Assembly (NCBI GenBank): GCA_000002435.2
Contig: CM018792.1
Origin: Giardia intestinalis
Taxonomy: Eukaryota
DNA length: 64,000 nt
Reading direction: 5' to 3' (one strand)
The translations under genes and the position numbers were made by a program. Positions 1 to 15,000 of the stretch are shown here, one piece after another. Every line of letters starts with the position of its first letter. The stretch's first letter is position 1. The notes below the pieces were generated by a model that saw only the letters and a program-made list of their open reading frames with translations, searched no databases and had not been told where the DNA came from.

Positions 1-91
1 GGGCCTGTGGAGTTAAATTAAGTGGGAAATTTACACAAGTAATTAATAAAAGCGCACAAATTCACACAAAACGCAAACACAAAAAGCTGCT

Positions 92-3000
92 ATGTCAGCA
101 CCCGACCAGCGACAGCAGGATTCTGCAGAGATGCTTCGAGCCCGTCTTTACGCAACAGCGCTCAATAAACAGGCACTCTACGAAACGAATGTTTCTACCG
201 AAGCGAATCCAAACTCTGTCGGCAGTGTCGCTATCCCCCCGCCCCCGAACACAAATCTTCCGCGCCGTGTGCGCACTCAGAAGGGCTGGCAGTTTACAAA
301 CATGAGCCAGCCCGGAGCAGACCATTACTCCCAGCTTAGCACAATTCCTACCCTGACTACTGCTATTGAGAAGGCCATGAAGCCAGGGGCATCAATTATA
401 CAAAAGAAGACCATGACACGACCGATGGTGACAGATATAGTCCACCCCTCCGAGTCAGCGAAGATTCTCGCAGAGGCGCCTCCTGGTAGCTTCTTCTACA
501 TGTCTCGCTTTACACAAATCCAGTTTCCACCAGGCTATGCACTCAGTTCTGATGCAGATTTCCACGAGTGGGACATTTTGGTTTGTCCCTACGAGTGGAT
601 CTCAAAGTCGGACTACTATACGATATCTGCAAAGGGTGTTACACACTTCGTTAACGGAATGTCGCAATTTTCGGATCTCAATGAATGGTTGCATGATTTG
701 GTAATGCTACAAACTCTCCGTAAAATCCCAATCTTTGCTAACTTTAGATTGTGGAAGCCACTGCGATTGCTCAAGAAGGCCGTTCTTAAAAACAGGCGGA
801 CCCGCGCCTACGGGAGCTTAGACGCAAATCTCTTCTACCTCAATCCACTTCTTCGGCAGGCTCTCTATGGGGTTTATGATAACTGCATCAACATTAAGTC
901 TTTCGTTCTAATTCTCACCGATGAGGAGTTGGAGGCCCTCAAGAAGCGGCTTAAAATAGCTCAGCATGACGATGGAATGGCCAGATACTCTGATGATGAG
1001 GGTACCTATAATGATGAACATAATGAGCAGGCAGGCTCCGGTGACGGAGCATCTCCCCGGCCCGTTTCTCCGGGGGGAGCAGGCTCTAGTTCGAGACCTG
1101 CGCGCCACGTGCTCGGGTCCTTAGCCAATACTCAGACACATAACTTCCCCTTTTCCTTAGAAGAGTTTGAGAGGATGTGCATCACCCGCTGCAGAGATAT
1201 GGCTGTTAATCTCGACGAGATTGTTACACACGTTGCATTGGGCATCCGTAAGTCCATCTCTGGAGTGATTCTGGCTGCCATCGGAAGCGATACTAATGCC
1301 AGTGAGAATAGCGCTGATGATACCTCAGCTGTTCGTAAGCTAGACTTTGAGGAGTTTGACAACTACAGGGGTACTATCAAAAAGGCCGCGACAATGACAG
1401 CAATTGAGTCCAATGCTGCTCAGGCCCACAAGGAGGGGAAAATCACGTACACAGAGAGGGCGACTCGCCTCAATCTTTGCAAGCGAATGGTGAGCTTTCT
1501 ACGTTTGGCAGACTTTATGATTATGGACAGTCTCTATGACCTGGCCTATCTAACTCTGAACACGTTCTTTACTCGTCTTCGCGAAGCTAGCAAGATAGTC
1601 TTCCCAACATATGAGCAGGTTGTTCCATCGATGGAGGTCTTGCGCAATCTGGAGCGCATAGGCGTGATAAACTTTAATCCAGTAGAAGAGGATGAGATGG
1701 CCGGCTTCGATGGTCCTGGTGGAGATTCGCTCACCAACGTCAAGGGTATGGATATCACCGAAGAGGAGGCCATGCCTAAGCTTGTTGGTGATGGATCGTA
1801 CGTCGTATTTCTTGGGCGTGTCGTGTGCATGCTATCCACGATGCCTCCTGCTGCAGGAACCACGGCGCTAAATGCTTATGGGTATCGAGGAGGATACCGT
1901 AATCTAATGAACCTCAGTGACCCCTCTACACCAGGGGATGCCATCAGACCGGGCTCAGTGGCGGACATTTCGGTCACCCCATCATTCGAAGATTTCTATA
2001 GAGCAATCGAGACAATGATTGAGAACATTCTCTCTGTAGAGACTGCTGTGCGCCGTCTTGTCACCCACGAAGACTTCTCAGATGTCACTAGCCCATTCAG
2101 CTCTGGTGGCGTCCTGGCAAATGCCACCGGCGGAGATGCCAGTGGGGACGTGGGGATGTCTGAAATCCAGGCTCCTGACATCTCCCTGCTCTTCTCCACA
2201 AACCCGGCCTTCCACGTTGTCATCTCTGACATCTCAACTACAGTCAGGAGCACGTATGACGCAGCAGTCAACTGGATGGTCAACCTCCAGAGCTATTTTG
2301 ACTCATTCAATGACGTGATTTCCCTTGACATCGAGGCGCTTGAGAAGTCTCTTCTTGTTCTTCCTCCAGGTGTTGAGGACCTAATGAATGTAAGCATCCC
2401 AGACATCCTGATGAAGATTTTTGATTACGGCAAGGAGCTCCTCGGTCAAGATGCTCCTCAGGTAGCTGCAGTTCTTTCGCCTCTTGACGCTCTGGAGGCT
2501 GAGGTTGACTTCGATTCCCAAAAGAAGGAAAAGCCTGACGACCCAGTATACAGATTTGATGTAAGGGCCGCGGTTCTTCAACTGCCCGACCTCTCTGTTT
2601 CAGGTAGAAGGGACATTCCACTGACTAGCTATCAAGGCCTGACACGGGCCGTTTTGCTGGAGCATCTGTACCCCATTGACCGCATTGTTGAGCTTGTAAC
2701 CCAGTTGGAAGAGTATCGGCTCCTCACATACGCTATGCCGACACGGATTAACTTGGGCGCCTTTGCGTTTGATCTGACAGAGCTGAAGGACGCCTTCGTT
2801 CCTGCTCCCCAGCGGGTTTTGACGTTTCTCCAGACCTTGATTCCGCTGGCTTGTCATCGCAGGCTATCCATACTTATCCTAAACATGATGCAGATACAGG
2901 CCTTTCTCGTACGTCAGACTCAATCTGTCGACGAATTCATAATATTTAAAGAATGCTTGAGCTTGATAACGGAAGAAATAGTGGATACCATTCGGCTTTT

Positions 3001-6000
3001 CTCTGATAATATCTTCCAATTAGTTCATAGACTGACCAATAATCACGGGTTTGTGTTCCCGAATGAGTTCCTCCATCTTCAGAACATTTTCGCGCAGTAC
3101 TTCGAGCAACTTCGTAATACGATCCTGTCATCTGAACAGCTCGTTGATCAGCAGCTCAACAGCTGGATCATGAACCTCCACGAGCGTGCTCAAAAGATCA
3201 AGCAGGACCTGGCTCTGCTGACTCACAAGACCACGGATCCACTTCTCAACAAGAGCATCGAGCTTTGTACTCTCGAAGAAGTAACAGAGGTAGTATCTAA
3301 CTATATTCATGCATTTGAGCAAGATACCAGGTTGTTGGGCACGTCCCCCAATCCTGACACTTTAGTTTCAGGTCAGGAGGCAAACAGTACAGAGAAGCCT
3401 GTGGAACAGCCAAACGAGGAAGTCAGCGAGCCCTCGCGTTCTAGTGGCCCTCAAAAGGATGACGATGCGATACAGTCCGAAGAGTCTTCTAGCGAGAAGA
3501 AGGATGGAGACGAGCAACAATACGAGGGTGGCACGGGCCAGATGCAAACGGTTATTACTTTGGCTGATAAGCTCAACGCTCTGACTCTAGAATATATCTT
3601 GCAAGAAGCGGCAGAATCTACAGAGTACGATAGCTTCATAGAAAGCCAAACAGTTGCGAATGATGGCACCGCTGGAGCCACAATTGCTGCAGCAGAGGCC
3701 TCTCAAATGAGTGAGACAGGGCATAGCGCTGTCTCGGGTCCAGTGGAAGCAGAGACTTCCGACACCTCCAGGACACTCAGCAGAGAGCCAACAGCTCATG
3801 GTGCCTTTAATCTCTCTATGAACTTGCCTGGGGAGTTAGCGATTCTTTCTGCTAAGAAGAAGCTTGTGCTCACCTCCACTCAGATTAAGGATTGCTACAA
3901 TCAAACGCTCGCGCTTCGCGAAAAGCTGTCAGCGATAGAGTCTGCTATCCGTGTTAATCAGAGATACCAGACGTCTCTGGGCACGGATGTCACTGTGTTC
4001 ACCGACCTGGAGAGCACAAGCCAGACGGTGAAGCTCTACGATTCGCTGTGGGGGACATGCTTTGCGTGGCTTGAAAACATGGTTGTGTTTGCAAAGTCAT
4101 TCTTCTTTGGACAGTTGGACGTCGACTATATGACAAAGTTTGTGGCCGAGAGCGGAAAGATCGCCTTTCAGTGCGAAAGACAGCTTCCACAAGTGGATAT
4201 TGCTCTGGTGCTCAAGCTCCGTGTCAATGACTTCCGGCAACTCATACCCGTTGTCCAAAGCCTGGATAACCAGACGCTTAAGCCTCGCCACTGGGCAAGC
4301 GTAGGCCAGGCCCTTGGGGTGGAAATACCGAAGTTTGGAGACGATGCACGGAATCCCATCAAGATTGTCAGACGCAAGTTTCTTACTGAGAAGGAGCGGG
4401 AGCGAGCGGCACCCGAAGAACTACTCCCAGTTACTACCACTATTAAAGTTTCAGAGGACACGCCGAAGATCACCATTGCTTGGCTGATACAAAACGATGC
4501 CCTCAACTTCAAGGATGAGCTTTCCTCGGTCTCTAACACTGCAGCCAACGAAGCAAGTCTTGAAGTCAGCTTCCGAAAGCTCGAATCAGAATGGGCCAAC
4601 ATTGACATTTCTACCAACAATTACAAGGACTCGCTCGATATCTTTGTGATCACGGACGTTGTTGACCTCATTGCAAAACTTGACGACTCCATTCTTGTTC
4701 TGTCCGGGATAGTGTCCAGTAGATATGTCAAGCCAATCCAGGAGGAGGTGCAGAAACTCTATACACAGCTTACCAATCTATCTAGTACGATTGATGTTTG
4801 GTGTAGGGTCCAGAAGGGCTACCTATATCTCCTCAATATCTTCGGATCTGGAGACATTCAGCGCCAGCTGCCCAATGAGACGAAGATGTTTATGGATTTG
4901 GATGGCTTCTGGAAGAAGCTTCTATCAAAGACGCAGGATTATCCAAAGGCGGTGGAGGTGCCTCAGTTCAACATAATTGGTACTGCAGCCGTTGTTCCAA
5001 CCGGCAACACACCTCCGTTGGAGGCGATGCTTAAGCGATATGAGCAGGTTCTAGAATCCATACAGAAATCTCTTGACGAGTACCTGCAGAACAAGCGGAT
5101 GTCTTTTGCCCGTCTTTACTTTCTATCAGACGAAGAGCTGCTTGACATACTTTCTCAATCAAAGAATCCATATGCAATCCAAGCGCACATTCGCAAGATC
5201 TTCGACTCCATACAATCACTTGAATTCTCAGTCGGTCAATCCGGTGGCTTAGACATTGTTGCCATGCTTTCGGAAGAAGGTGAGCGTGTTGTGCTTAATG
5301 TGCCAATCAAGGCACGAGGCTCCATTACGGCCTGGCTTGGAAACCTGGAGCAACGCATGAAGCAGACGATTAATCGACACTGTCAGGTAGCGGTCCTCGA
5401 TTACTCTGTGGAGAAGCGTAACGCGTGGATTCTTTCCCATCCAGCACAATGCATCATTTGCGTCAGTCAGATTTATTGGTGTGAGGGAATTCATCTTGCT
5501 CTAGAAGGAAGCTCCTATGCTGGATACGGTGGTAAGCGCGCGAATGGCACAGACTGCACAGTTGACGAAGCAGAAAGCATGGCTCGGAGCGTGGTTCAAG
5601 ACACAGATGTGCACCACTCAAAGAAGTCAACAGAGAAGACGTCTCCCCTAGCAATCTACATTCAGAACTTTGAAAAAATGCTTCTAGACCTGATTAAACT
5701 GATCCAAGACACCTCTCTGACGAAGCTCCAGCGATGTATTGTCACTGCGCTGGCCACTATTGACGTCCACTCTAGGGATACTCTGTATGACCTCCTGCAT
5801 GAGAAGGTCACGTCTATCACCTCGTTTGAATTCCAAAAGCTCTTACGCTACTATTGGAACACGTCTGATAACCAGGTGCACATCCATCAATCGGCAGCAC
5901 ACTTTCTCTACAACTGCGAGTATCTTGGTGCATCTCCTCGCCTGGTTATTACCCCGCTCACAGATCTTTGTTATTTAACTCTGATGATTGCGCATCGCTT

Positions 6001-9000
6001 TTATCTTGGTGGAGCTCCGCAGGGGCCCGCTGGAACTGGGAAGACAGAGACCACCAAGGACTTGGCGAAAGCGCTTGCAATGCCTTGCATCGTCTTCAAT
6101 TGTTCAGAGTCTCTGGACTATCGTATCATGGGCCGCTTCTTCGCCGGTCTCTCCCAAGTTGGTGCCTGGATCTGCTTCGATGAGTTTAATCGAATTGACC
6201 TGGAGGTGCTTTCAGTCGTTGCGTCGCAGGTCATGTGTATTCAAAATGCAGTCAAAGCCGGGCAAGATCGTTTTATTTTCGAGGGCGTTGACATGCCTAT
6301 CAACAAGACGGTTGGAATCTTTATCACGATGAACCCAGGGTATGCGGGCCGTGTGGAATTACCCGATAATCTCAAGGCTTTGTTCCGCGCAGTTTCCATG
6401 GTTGTTCCAGACTATTCACTTATAGCAGAAATCATTCTCTTCTCGGAGGGCTTTACAACGGCCAAGGTCCTTAGCCGCAAGATGGTGCAGCTCTACAAGC
6501 TCAGCTCGGAGCAGCTATCGCAGCAGGACCACTATGACTTTGGCATGCGTGCGATCAAATCGGTCCTTGTCATGGCTGGCGGGCTGCGGCGCAAGTACGG
6601 GCATCTTACCGAAGATGTTGTTCTCATCCGTGCCATGCGTGACGCTAATTTGCCGAAGTTCACTGCAGCAGATATTGAGCTCTTCATGGGCATCATTCAG
6701 GATCTCTTCCCCGGCGTCCAGATTCCCTCTGTGGAGCACGGTGAATTGGCTCTTTGCATTGAGCAAGTACTAAAGAAAAATAATTACTACAACATTCCTC
6801 TTCAGGTCAATAAGATTGTTCAGCTTCACGAAACCATGCAGGTGCGTCATGGTGTGATGCAAGTAGGGGCAGCCAAGTCTGGAAAGACGGTGTGCATGCG
6901 GGTGCTTCAGGAGGCCCTCGGCATACTGAGAGACAAGGTGGACACAGAGTTCACACCAGAGCAGCGGAAGGTCTTCCTTCAGGCAAACCCAGACCATATC
7001 GTCAATCATGTGCAGGTCAACGTTCTCAACCCAAAGTCCATTGACATGACAGAGCTCTATGGAAACTATAACGACGTTTCTGGCGAATGGAAGGACGGGC
7101 TTGTTGGGGTCTTGATCCGGGATATGCTTGCAAAAACGGCTGCCGGTCTCAAGGATGAGCAAACAGGGCTGCCCATCCAACAGAAGAAGCAGTGGATTTG
7201 CTTCGATGGCCCGGTGGACACCCTTTGGATTGAGTCTCTCAACACGCTCCTCGACGATAATAAGCTTATTTGCTTTGCCAACTCCGAGCGTTTAAAGATC
7301 AACGAATATATAAGCATCGTTTTTGAGGTAGAGAACCTGAAGAATGCATCTCCAGCTACGGTTTCACGCGCAGGCATGGTCTATTTCAGTCAGCCTCAGG
7401 GCCTTGCCTATGCCCGAGACATGTCCGCTTGCATAGTACGTTGGGACGCATATGTTATCTGTTGGCTTAATGGCGAGTTTGATAAGCGTGTTAAGATGAT
7501 CTCCGGCCTGCGTGAAGTAGGGTACGGGAATTCATCTGAAGCTAGCGGCTCGGCGTCTTCTGTTCCAGTACCTCAGGGTTGTGACAAGACTCTGGAGGCG
7601 CTCATCTACGACCACTTTATGTTGCTGATTTTCAAACTGTTCGCTATTTTCATCCCCGTAGGGATGGAGTTTTACTCCAGGAACTGTAGCGACATGTTCA
7701 TTCCAACAAACGAGTTTTCAGTGATTCAGTCCATTACTCGGATATTCACGGCCATTCTCGTCTACAATCGGTCCATGATTGCACATGAGCGCATCCAGAA
7801 GCAGGAGGAACTTAATAGGGCCGCTGAAGAAAACGGTCTCACAGAGATACCCCAGGCAAAAGACAAGGCTGTCATGGATCTCATTGACATGACCCTGATG
7901 GTGCGGTTTTTGACACTACAATTTGTAGCTAACAACAATTCTCTCATGATCCAGTCGTCCCTATCAAACGCAGAGAAGCTTGTTAAGATTCATGAATATG
8001 TCTTAGCGAGCGACGAGTTTGTCACCTGCGAAAACATCATCAAGTCAGCGTTTCTGTATGCCTTTATCTGGAGCTTTGCAACCACGGCAATGCAGAATAC
8101 AAAGAAGCGAGAAGAATTCGACAATGCAATTCGCACTCTCATTGAGACGAATAACGAACAGTACATTGCATATAAGGCAACGGGCTCTCTCCCCGAAGAA
8201 ACAGAGCAGGCCAAGCAATTCCACCCCTTTGAGGGTTACTCCTTGCCACCGTGTATTTCCCTTCCGTCGATCCCTAACAGCGGGCTCATATTTGATTACT
8301 ACGTCGATTGGCAACCAGTTATAGATTACCAGCAGAAGATGCTCACAACCATGACCTTCATGTCGCCCTTCTACACAAGTCAGGCAGACGATCAGCATAC
8401 GTCTAAGCCGCTCGGAACCTATCAGCTAACAACAGATCTCTTTTCCGAAAAGGCTACGCACATCTCTGCGATCCTCTCCTCTAACGACGAAGCGGCAGCC
8501 TTTCTGACTGCAAAGATAGTCTCCCCGCAGACTGCTTGCACCTTTGCGCCATTTGGAAACGTCATGCCCAAGTTCAGCTACGACCCAAAGCTACCCTTTT
8601 TCCAGATTTACGTCAATACTCTTGACTCAGTGCGGTATAGTCACCTTATAGAGAGTCTGGTTAAGCAGCGAAAGCCAGTGCTAGTCACAGGGAATACAGG
8701 GAGCGGCAAGTCTGTTCTTGTCAACGATCTCCTTGCAACTCTAGATAAACGAGGATTGGCGCAGAACACTTTTATTAATTTCTCTGCTGCGTCCAACTCT
8801 CTCCGAACACAGGAGATGATAGAGAGCAGTCTTGAGAAGCGGAGAAAGACTATCCTAGGACCAGTGGTTGGAAAGATAGCATGTATTTTTGTTGACGATA
8901 TCAACATGATTGCGTACGATCTGTTTGGGTCACAACAGGCCGTCGAGTTCATCCGAGACATAGTCGACGCAGATGGATTTTATGATAGAAAGGAGTGGTT

Positions 9001-12000
9001 CTTCAAGAACCTAGCCGACACGACTGTTCTTGCTGCCTGTGCGCCTGCTGGAGGAGGGCGTAATGTCGTATCTATGCGGACTATCAGTCACTTCATTAAT
9101 TTTGCTCTTCCAGACGCCAGCGACGAGGTTCTGCATAGCATATTCAACAGCATTCTTCACGGCCACCTAACATATGTTGACATTAGCGACCCCCAGGCCC
9201 AAGGAAACAAGTTCCCAGTTGACGTTGCCAATATTAGTGCAAGTGCTATTCGTGCGCTTATTCAAATCTATCAAACGCTTTCGACGATTCTTCGTCCAAC
9301 CCCGTCGAAAATTCATTACACCTTTAATCTGCGCGACGTCAGCAAGGTTGTTCAAGGCGTCCTGCGTGCCACTACAGGGGTGATAAAGTCGGTAGAGGAC
9401 TTCTCCAGCTTATTTAGGCACGAGTGCCTGCGCGTGTTTGCAGACAGAACGATTGCCGACGAGGACAGAAACGCTGTATATGACACTATCATTGACATTT
9501 TCAGCACAACACCCGGGTTGGCGAACACTCCGTCAGCTAAAAAGCCACAAGAAGGAGACCCCGGAGTTGTTGACACCAGACCCGAGGATATATGGGGCAA
9601 CTATATGAAGCCTGGAACCCCAATCGACATGCGAGTCTACGAGAAGGGTGGATCCTTTAATGCCGTGCAGACGCTTCTAGAAAGTTACCTCAGCGAATAT
9701 AATACTGCCGGGAGCAAGCAAGCGATGAATCTTGTTCTTTTCAAAGATGCCGTTGAGCATGTCTCTAGGATTGCACGGTCAATCACAGCACCCCGCGGCT
9801 CCATGTTGCTTGTAGGATTTGGGGGTTCCGGGAGAAAGTCCTTGACCAGATTGGCCGCGTTCATTTGCGATTGTGACCTTGAAACCATTGAGCTGCGAAA
9901 GGGGTATGGGCTGAATGAGTTCAGGGACGATCTAAAGACCTTATTTCAAAAGGCTGGCGTTGAGAACAAAAATATCGTGTTCATGCTGGACGATAGCCAG
10001 ATCGTGGTGGAGTCACAACTAGAAGATATCAACAACATTCTAAACAGTGGAATTGTGCCAAACTTATTCGAGCAGGATGAGCTGGACAAGATTATGGCCG
10101 ACATACGGTCCATTATCAATAAAGAGGGGGTGCCAGTCGACGTAGGCAATAAGGACGCGGTGTTTCGCTTTTTCATCAATAGGGTACGCGATAACTTGCA
10201 CATCGTCCTCTGCTTGTCGCCCTCTGGAGACCAGTTCCGCGATAGGCTCCGCACCTTCCCTTCTCTTGTCACAAATCTCACCATAGACTGGTTTAAGAAC
10301 TGGCCTAAGGCCGCCCTGATGGATGTTGCAAATAGCGTTCTTCAACAGGAGCTCCGACGTGTCAATATGACAGAGTGTTATGACATCTCCAAGGGAAGCG
10401 AAATAGACATGGCTCTAGAAGAACAACGAGCAGAGTTCAACAAGAGTAAGGATGCTGGAGACTTTGACGAGCAATTCGAGCTAGCAAAGGTTCTTGCCAA
10501 GAGACTTACCAAGCGTCTAGCTCCCATCGCTACTGAAATACATGACTCTGTCGAGCGTATGTTGATGAGATACTATACAGACACGCGGCGGAAGCACTAC
10601 GTTCCCCCTGCATGCTATCTCGAGCTGCTTAGCCTATACTCTGAGCTCCTTGCCCAAAGGATTGCAGGGATTAATAAGCGATATTATCAGCTAACTACGG
10701 GTGTGCAAAAGCTCATAGAGTCCAAGGCGCAAGTTGAGACGCTACAGAAAGAACAAGAGGCGCTTGCACCGGAGCTCGAGGTGGCTGCTGCTAGTTCTGA
10801 GAAGCTTATCAAGGAGCTCACGAGCGAGAAGGCCGTAGTGGCAAAGATGAAAGAGGTTGCTATCTCCGAAGAGACCATCGTCAAGGCCCAGGCGCAAGAC
10901 ACGGAGATCATCGCTCAGGATGCACAAAAGGATTTGGACGCGGCCATGCCTCTACTAATCGCAGCCAACAAGGCACTGGACTCGCTGAACAGTTCAGATA
11001 TCACGGAAATAAAGTCTTTCAAGCAGCCGCCGCCCTTGGTGAAGATGGTTATGGAGGCGATCTGCATCTTAGTGGGCGCAAAGCCAGATTGGGATAGTGC
11101 CAAGAAGGTCCTCAGCGACACTGGATTTCTGAAGTCGCTGATATCATACGACAAAGACAATGTTCCGGACAGCATTCTCAAGAGCTTGAAGAAGTATACC
11201 ACCTCGTCCGATTTTGTTCCAGAAAAGGTAGAGAAGCAATCACTGGCTGCCAAGTCGCTCTGCTTCTGGGTTATTGCCATTGAGAAATATTCCTATACCA
11301 TCCGCGAGGTTGAGCCCAAGCGACAGCGCCTCGAAGCAGCAAAGGCCGATCTGAAGGAGAAAATGGATGCACTGGCTGTCAAGCAAGCTCAGCTCAAGGA
11401 GGTTGAAGATAAGCTTACCGTCCTGGAAGAAACCTTCGAAAAGCAGAATAACGAGAAAATCCGGCTGGAGCAAGCCATGGAGCTTACGAAGGCGCGACTG
11501 ATGCGTGCTGAGCAGCTTACTGGTGCGTTGTCGGACGAGCGTGAGCGCTGGATCTCGCAGAGTGCCGCTCTCAAGGAACAATTGAAACTGGTTCCAGGTG
11601 ACGTCTTCTTGGCCACCTGTGCCATTGCTTATCTTGGAGTTTTCAACCTCAAATACCGTGCAGAGCTCCTCGAGTTTTGGCACGGACTCCTTCTGGCCTA
11701 TAATGTAAGGTGCTCTCCCCTTGAAACTATTCTCCAGAACGGCATTTTCCCCTTGGTTTCATCAGACGACGTTCTTTTGGAATCGTGGCGCTCCCAGGGA
11801 CTCCCGTCAGACCTTACCTCTACTGACAACGCTGTGATGGTCACTACAACGCGCAGATTCCCTTTGATTCTAGATCCACAAAGTCAGGCTTTGACATGGA
11901 TTAAGGGGATGGAGAAGGCAAACAACTTGATGGTCTTGAAGCCTACTCAATCTGGACTGCTTCGTATCTTTGAGAACTGTGTGCGGTCGGGCACTCCTGT

Positions 12001-15000
12001 TATCTTGGATGGCGTCGGGGAGGTCATAGAGCCCAGCCTAAAGCCAGTAATTGAGCGAGAAATCATTATAAGTGCCGGAAGACAAATCATTATGCTGAAT
12101 GATAGCGAGGTAGAATGGCATCCCAATTTTAGGTTGTATTTGGTCACCAAACTGGCCAATCCGTCGTTTAGCCCGGAGGTGCATGCAAAGCTCACCATCA
12201 TTAATTTCACGATCAGCACAGACGCTCTTGAGGACCAACTTCTGCAAGCCGTCGTCAGTGCAGAGTACCCATCTCTTGAAAAGAAGCGCATAGAATTGAC
12301 GACCGAGTCGTCCAGAGACAGAAGGCACCTCGCTCAGCTGTCCAACCAGATCCTCCACGAGTTGACAAACTTTCAGGGCTCGGTTCTAGATAATGAAAAT
12401 CTGATTAGAGTGTTAGGGGAGAGTAAGTCCGTCTCGGCAGATATAGAGGCTAAAGAGAAGCAGGCGATAACGACGCGTGCTGAGATTGCTCGTTACTATA
12501 GCATTTACCGGCCCATTTCCATCAGGGGTGCGCTCATATACTTCATTGTTTCGGACATGTCATTGGTAGAGCCCATGTACCTCTTCGCCTTGAGCTACTA
12601 TATACGCCTCTTTGTCACTGCCATAAATTCCATTGCAGATTACAGAGGAGACCCAGAGAGCATGATTAAGAGAGTGGAAGTGCTGCTTGAAAAGGTGACA
12701 TACTTCATGTTCTCTAACATAAGCAGGGGGGTTTTTGAAAAGGATAAGCTTGTCTTTGCGTTCCTCCTGGCTACGCGAATTCTTCAGATCCAAGGTGACA
12801 TTGGGCTTGACGACTGGAGCATCTTATGCCGTGGCAACCTTTATGCCGACATTATTCTTTCTGACGAAAACAGATTATCCCGTGCATCCCCAGCAATGAA
12901 GGATACGTATAAAAGACTGGAGGAGCAAGGAGAGGCGCTATTTGGCGATGGCCCCATCGCATCCCTTGGTGCAGGGCGGCTACTTACCTTCCTAAAGGCC
13001 TTGTCTGTGATACCTACACAAGAACGACTTTGTTCATTCATAGAGCAGAACTTTGCTGCAATCGAACGGGAGTTTGCAGGCACAACTGACGGAGATGCCC
13101 TTTGCCGCGCTCTCTTGTTCTTTGATTCAAATAACCGCATTGTACAGATGATGATGGAGGCCGGATTACAAATCTCCAACGAGGGATTTAGGATTATATC
13201 TATTCTCCTCTTGATTAAGTTCTTCTCTGAGAGCTTTATGATTCTTGCCATTCCACTGTTCATTGAGGTGGTCCTAGGGCCTAAATACTCGAACATAGAG
13301 CCACCAAAGTTGTCCGAAATATACTGCGATAGCTCATCGACGATCCCAATCATCTTCCTTCTTACGGTCGGGGCTGATCCCCTTTCCCAGCTGCAGGCAC
13401 TGGCTCAACAGAACAACCAGCCTCTTTACCTGATATCCCTCGGCCAGGGACAAGCTCCCGTGGCCCGGAATGCGATAGAGAAAGCGTCCTCAACCGGCGG
13501 ATGGGTATTTTTACAGAACGGACACCTGGCGCGGTCATGGATGGCAGAGCTGGAGATGATCGTTGAGGCTCTGTCCCTCTGTGAGACCATGTCTCCTGAT
13601 GCGAAAAAAGATGCTGCAGCTACCCTGCCGTTCCTGAGTTTGCCTCCGAAGTCGTCATTTAGATTGTTTATATCATCAATGCCAGTGAAACACTTCCCAG
13701 CATCTGTGCTCCAGACCTCACTGAAGATCACCACCGAGCCGCCCACGGGGCTCCGCAACAACATCGTCCGGGCAGTGGGGACGTCCACTGTTGAAGCATG
13801 GGAGGCCGAGGAGATCATTTCTGAGCTGCGTTATGACGATATTATTCCCAAACCGGAAGAGGGTGAGGAGCCGTTAGTGGTTGATGAGAACGCCATGGCA
13901 CGCTTTTCTGAGATAGTTAACACAAAGGCAAAGGCCATGTGGAAAAGGCTCTTTTACGCCATTGTCTTTTTCCATGGAATTCTCCTTGAGCGCAGGAAGT
14001 TTGGACCCCAGGCCTTCAATGTGCGCTATGAGTTCAATGACTCAGACTTTTCTATCTGCGTGCAAAGCCTCCGCAGCTTCATGGTTGACAGCATAAACGA
14101 GTTTATTATGGCGCATGGATTTACCTCGGTAATGGATAATCGTGGAGAGGTTTCTTCTCCGAATGGCGTATCATTTAAGCTTCCTTGGGATGCAATCACC
14201 TTCATTTTTTCTAAGATACACTATGGTGGAAGAGTTACTGACTCCTGGGACCTTCGGACACTGAGCTGCATCCTAACAGGCATTATCAATGATAAAGTTA
14301 TCAGCGACTTCTCCAAACCGTACGACTTTATCGCAGCAAACAAAAAGTATACCATTGACTTCGATGCATACACCTCCTACGACATGGTCCGGAGCTTCGC
14401 CCAGAATCTGCCCATCCTGGACGGAACGGAGGTCTTCAACATGAGCGAAAACTCGCTCGTGGTCTTCAGGCAAAGCGAATCAAATAAGGTTATCGCACGC
14501 ATCCTCGATATTAGCGCAGACTGTTTGCCGAAGAATGAGAAGCTTTTTGCAACTGAGGAAACGGACAAGGAGCCCACGCCAGGTGATGAAACAAAGCAAA
14601 TTGCTGAGGCTGTGAGCACCACCGACGCGCTCCCGGACCCTCAGATTGTTGAGCAAGACCTTGCACGCCTGCGCCTCAAGCTCTATGGCGAGCCCTCAAA
14701 CGACCTAACAACCGACCAAATAGTCGATAGCATATCTGCAACTCTTTTGTCGAAGCTCCCCTCTTTGCTTGACATTGAGAAAGAGGCTGGTCCATCGACC
14801 TTTGTGACAGCATCGAATGGGATGATGCACTGTCTCTCTGTTGTTCTTTCGCAGGAGATTGAGCGCTTCAACAATCTCCTGCGGTTCCTGAAGACGTCTC
14901 TGGATAGCATCCGTCTCGCAATCAAAGGCTTGATCCTACTATCTGTTGATTTAGAGCAACAGTATAAGTCTTTAGCGCTAGGCCGCGTGCCAAGCAGCTG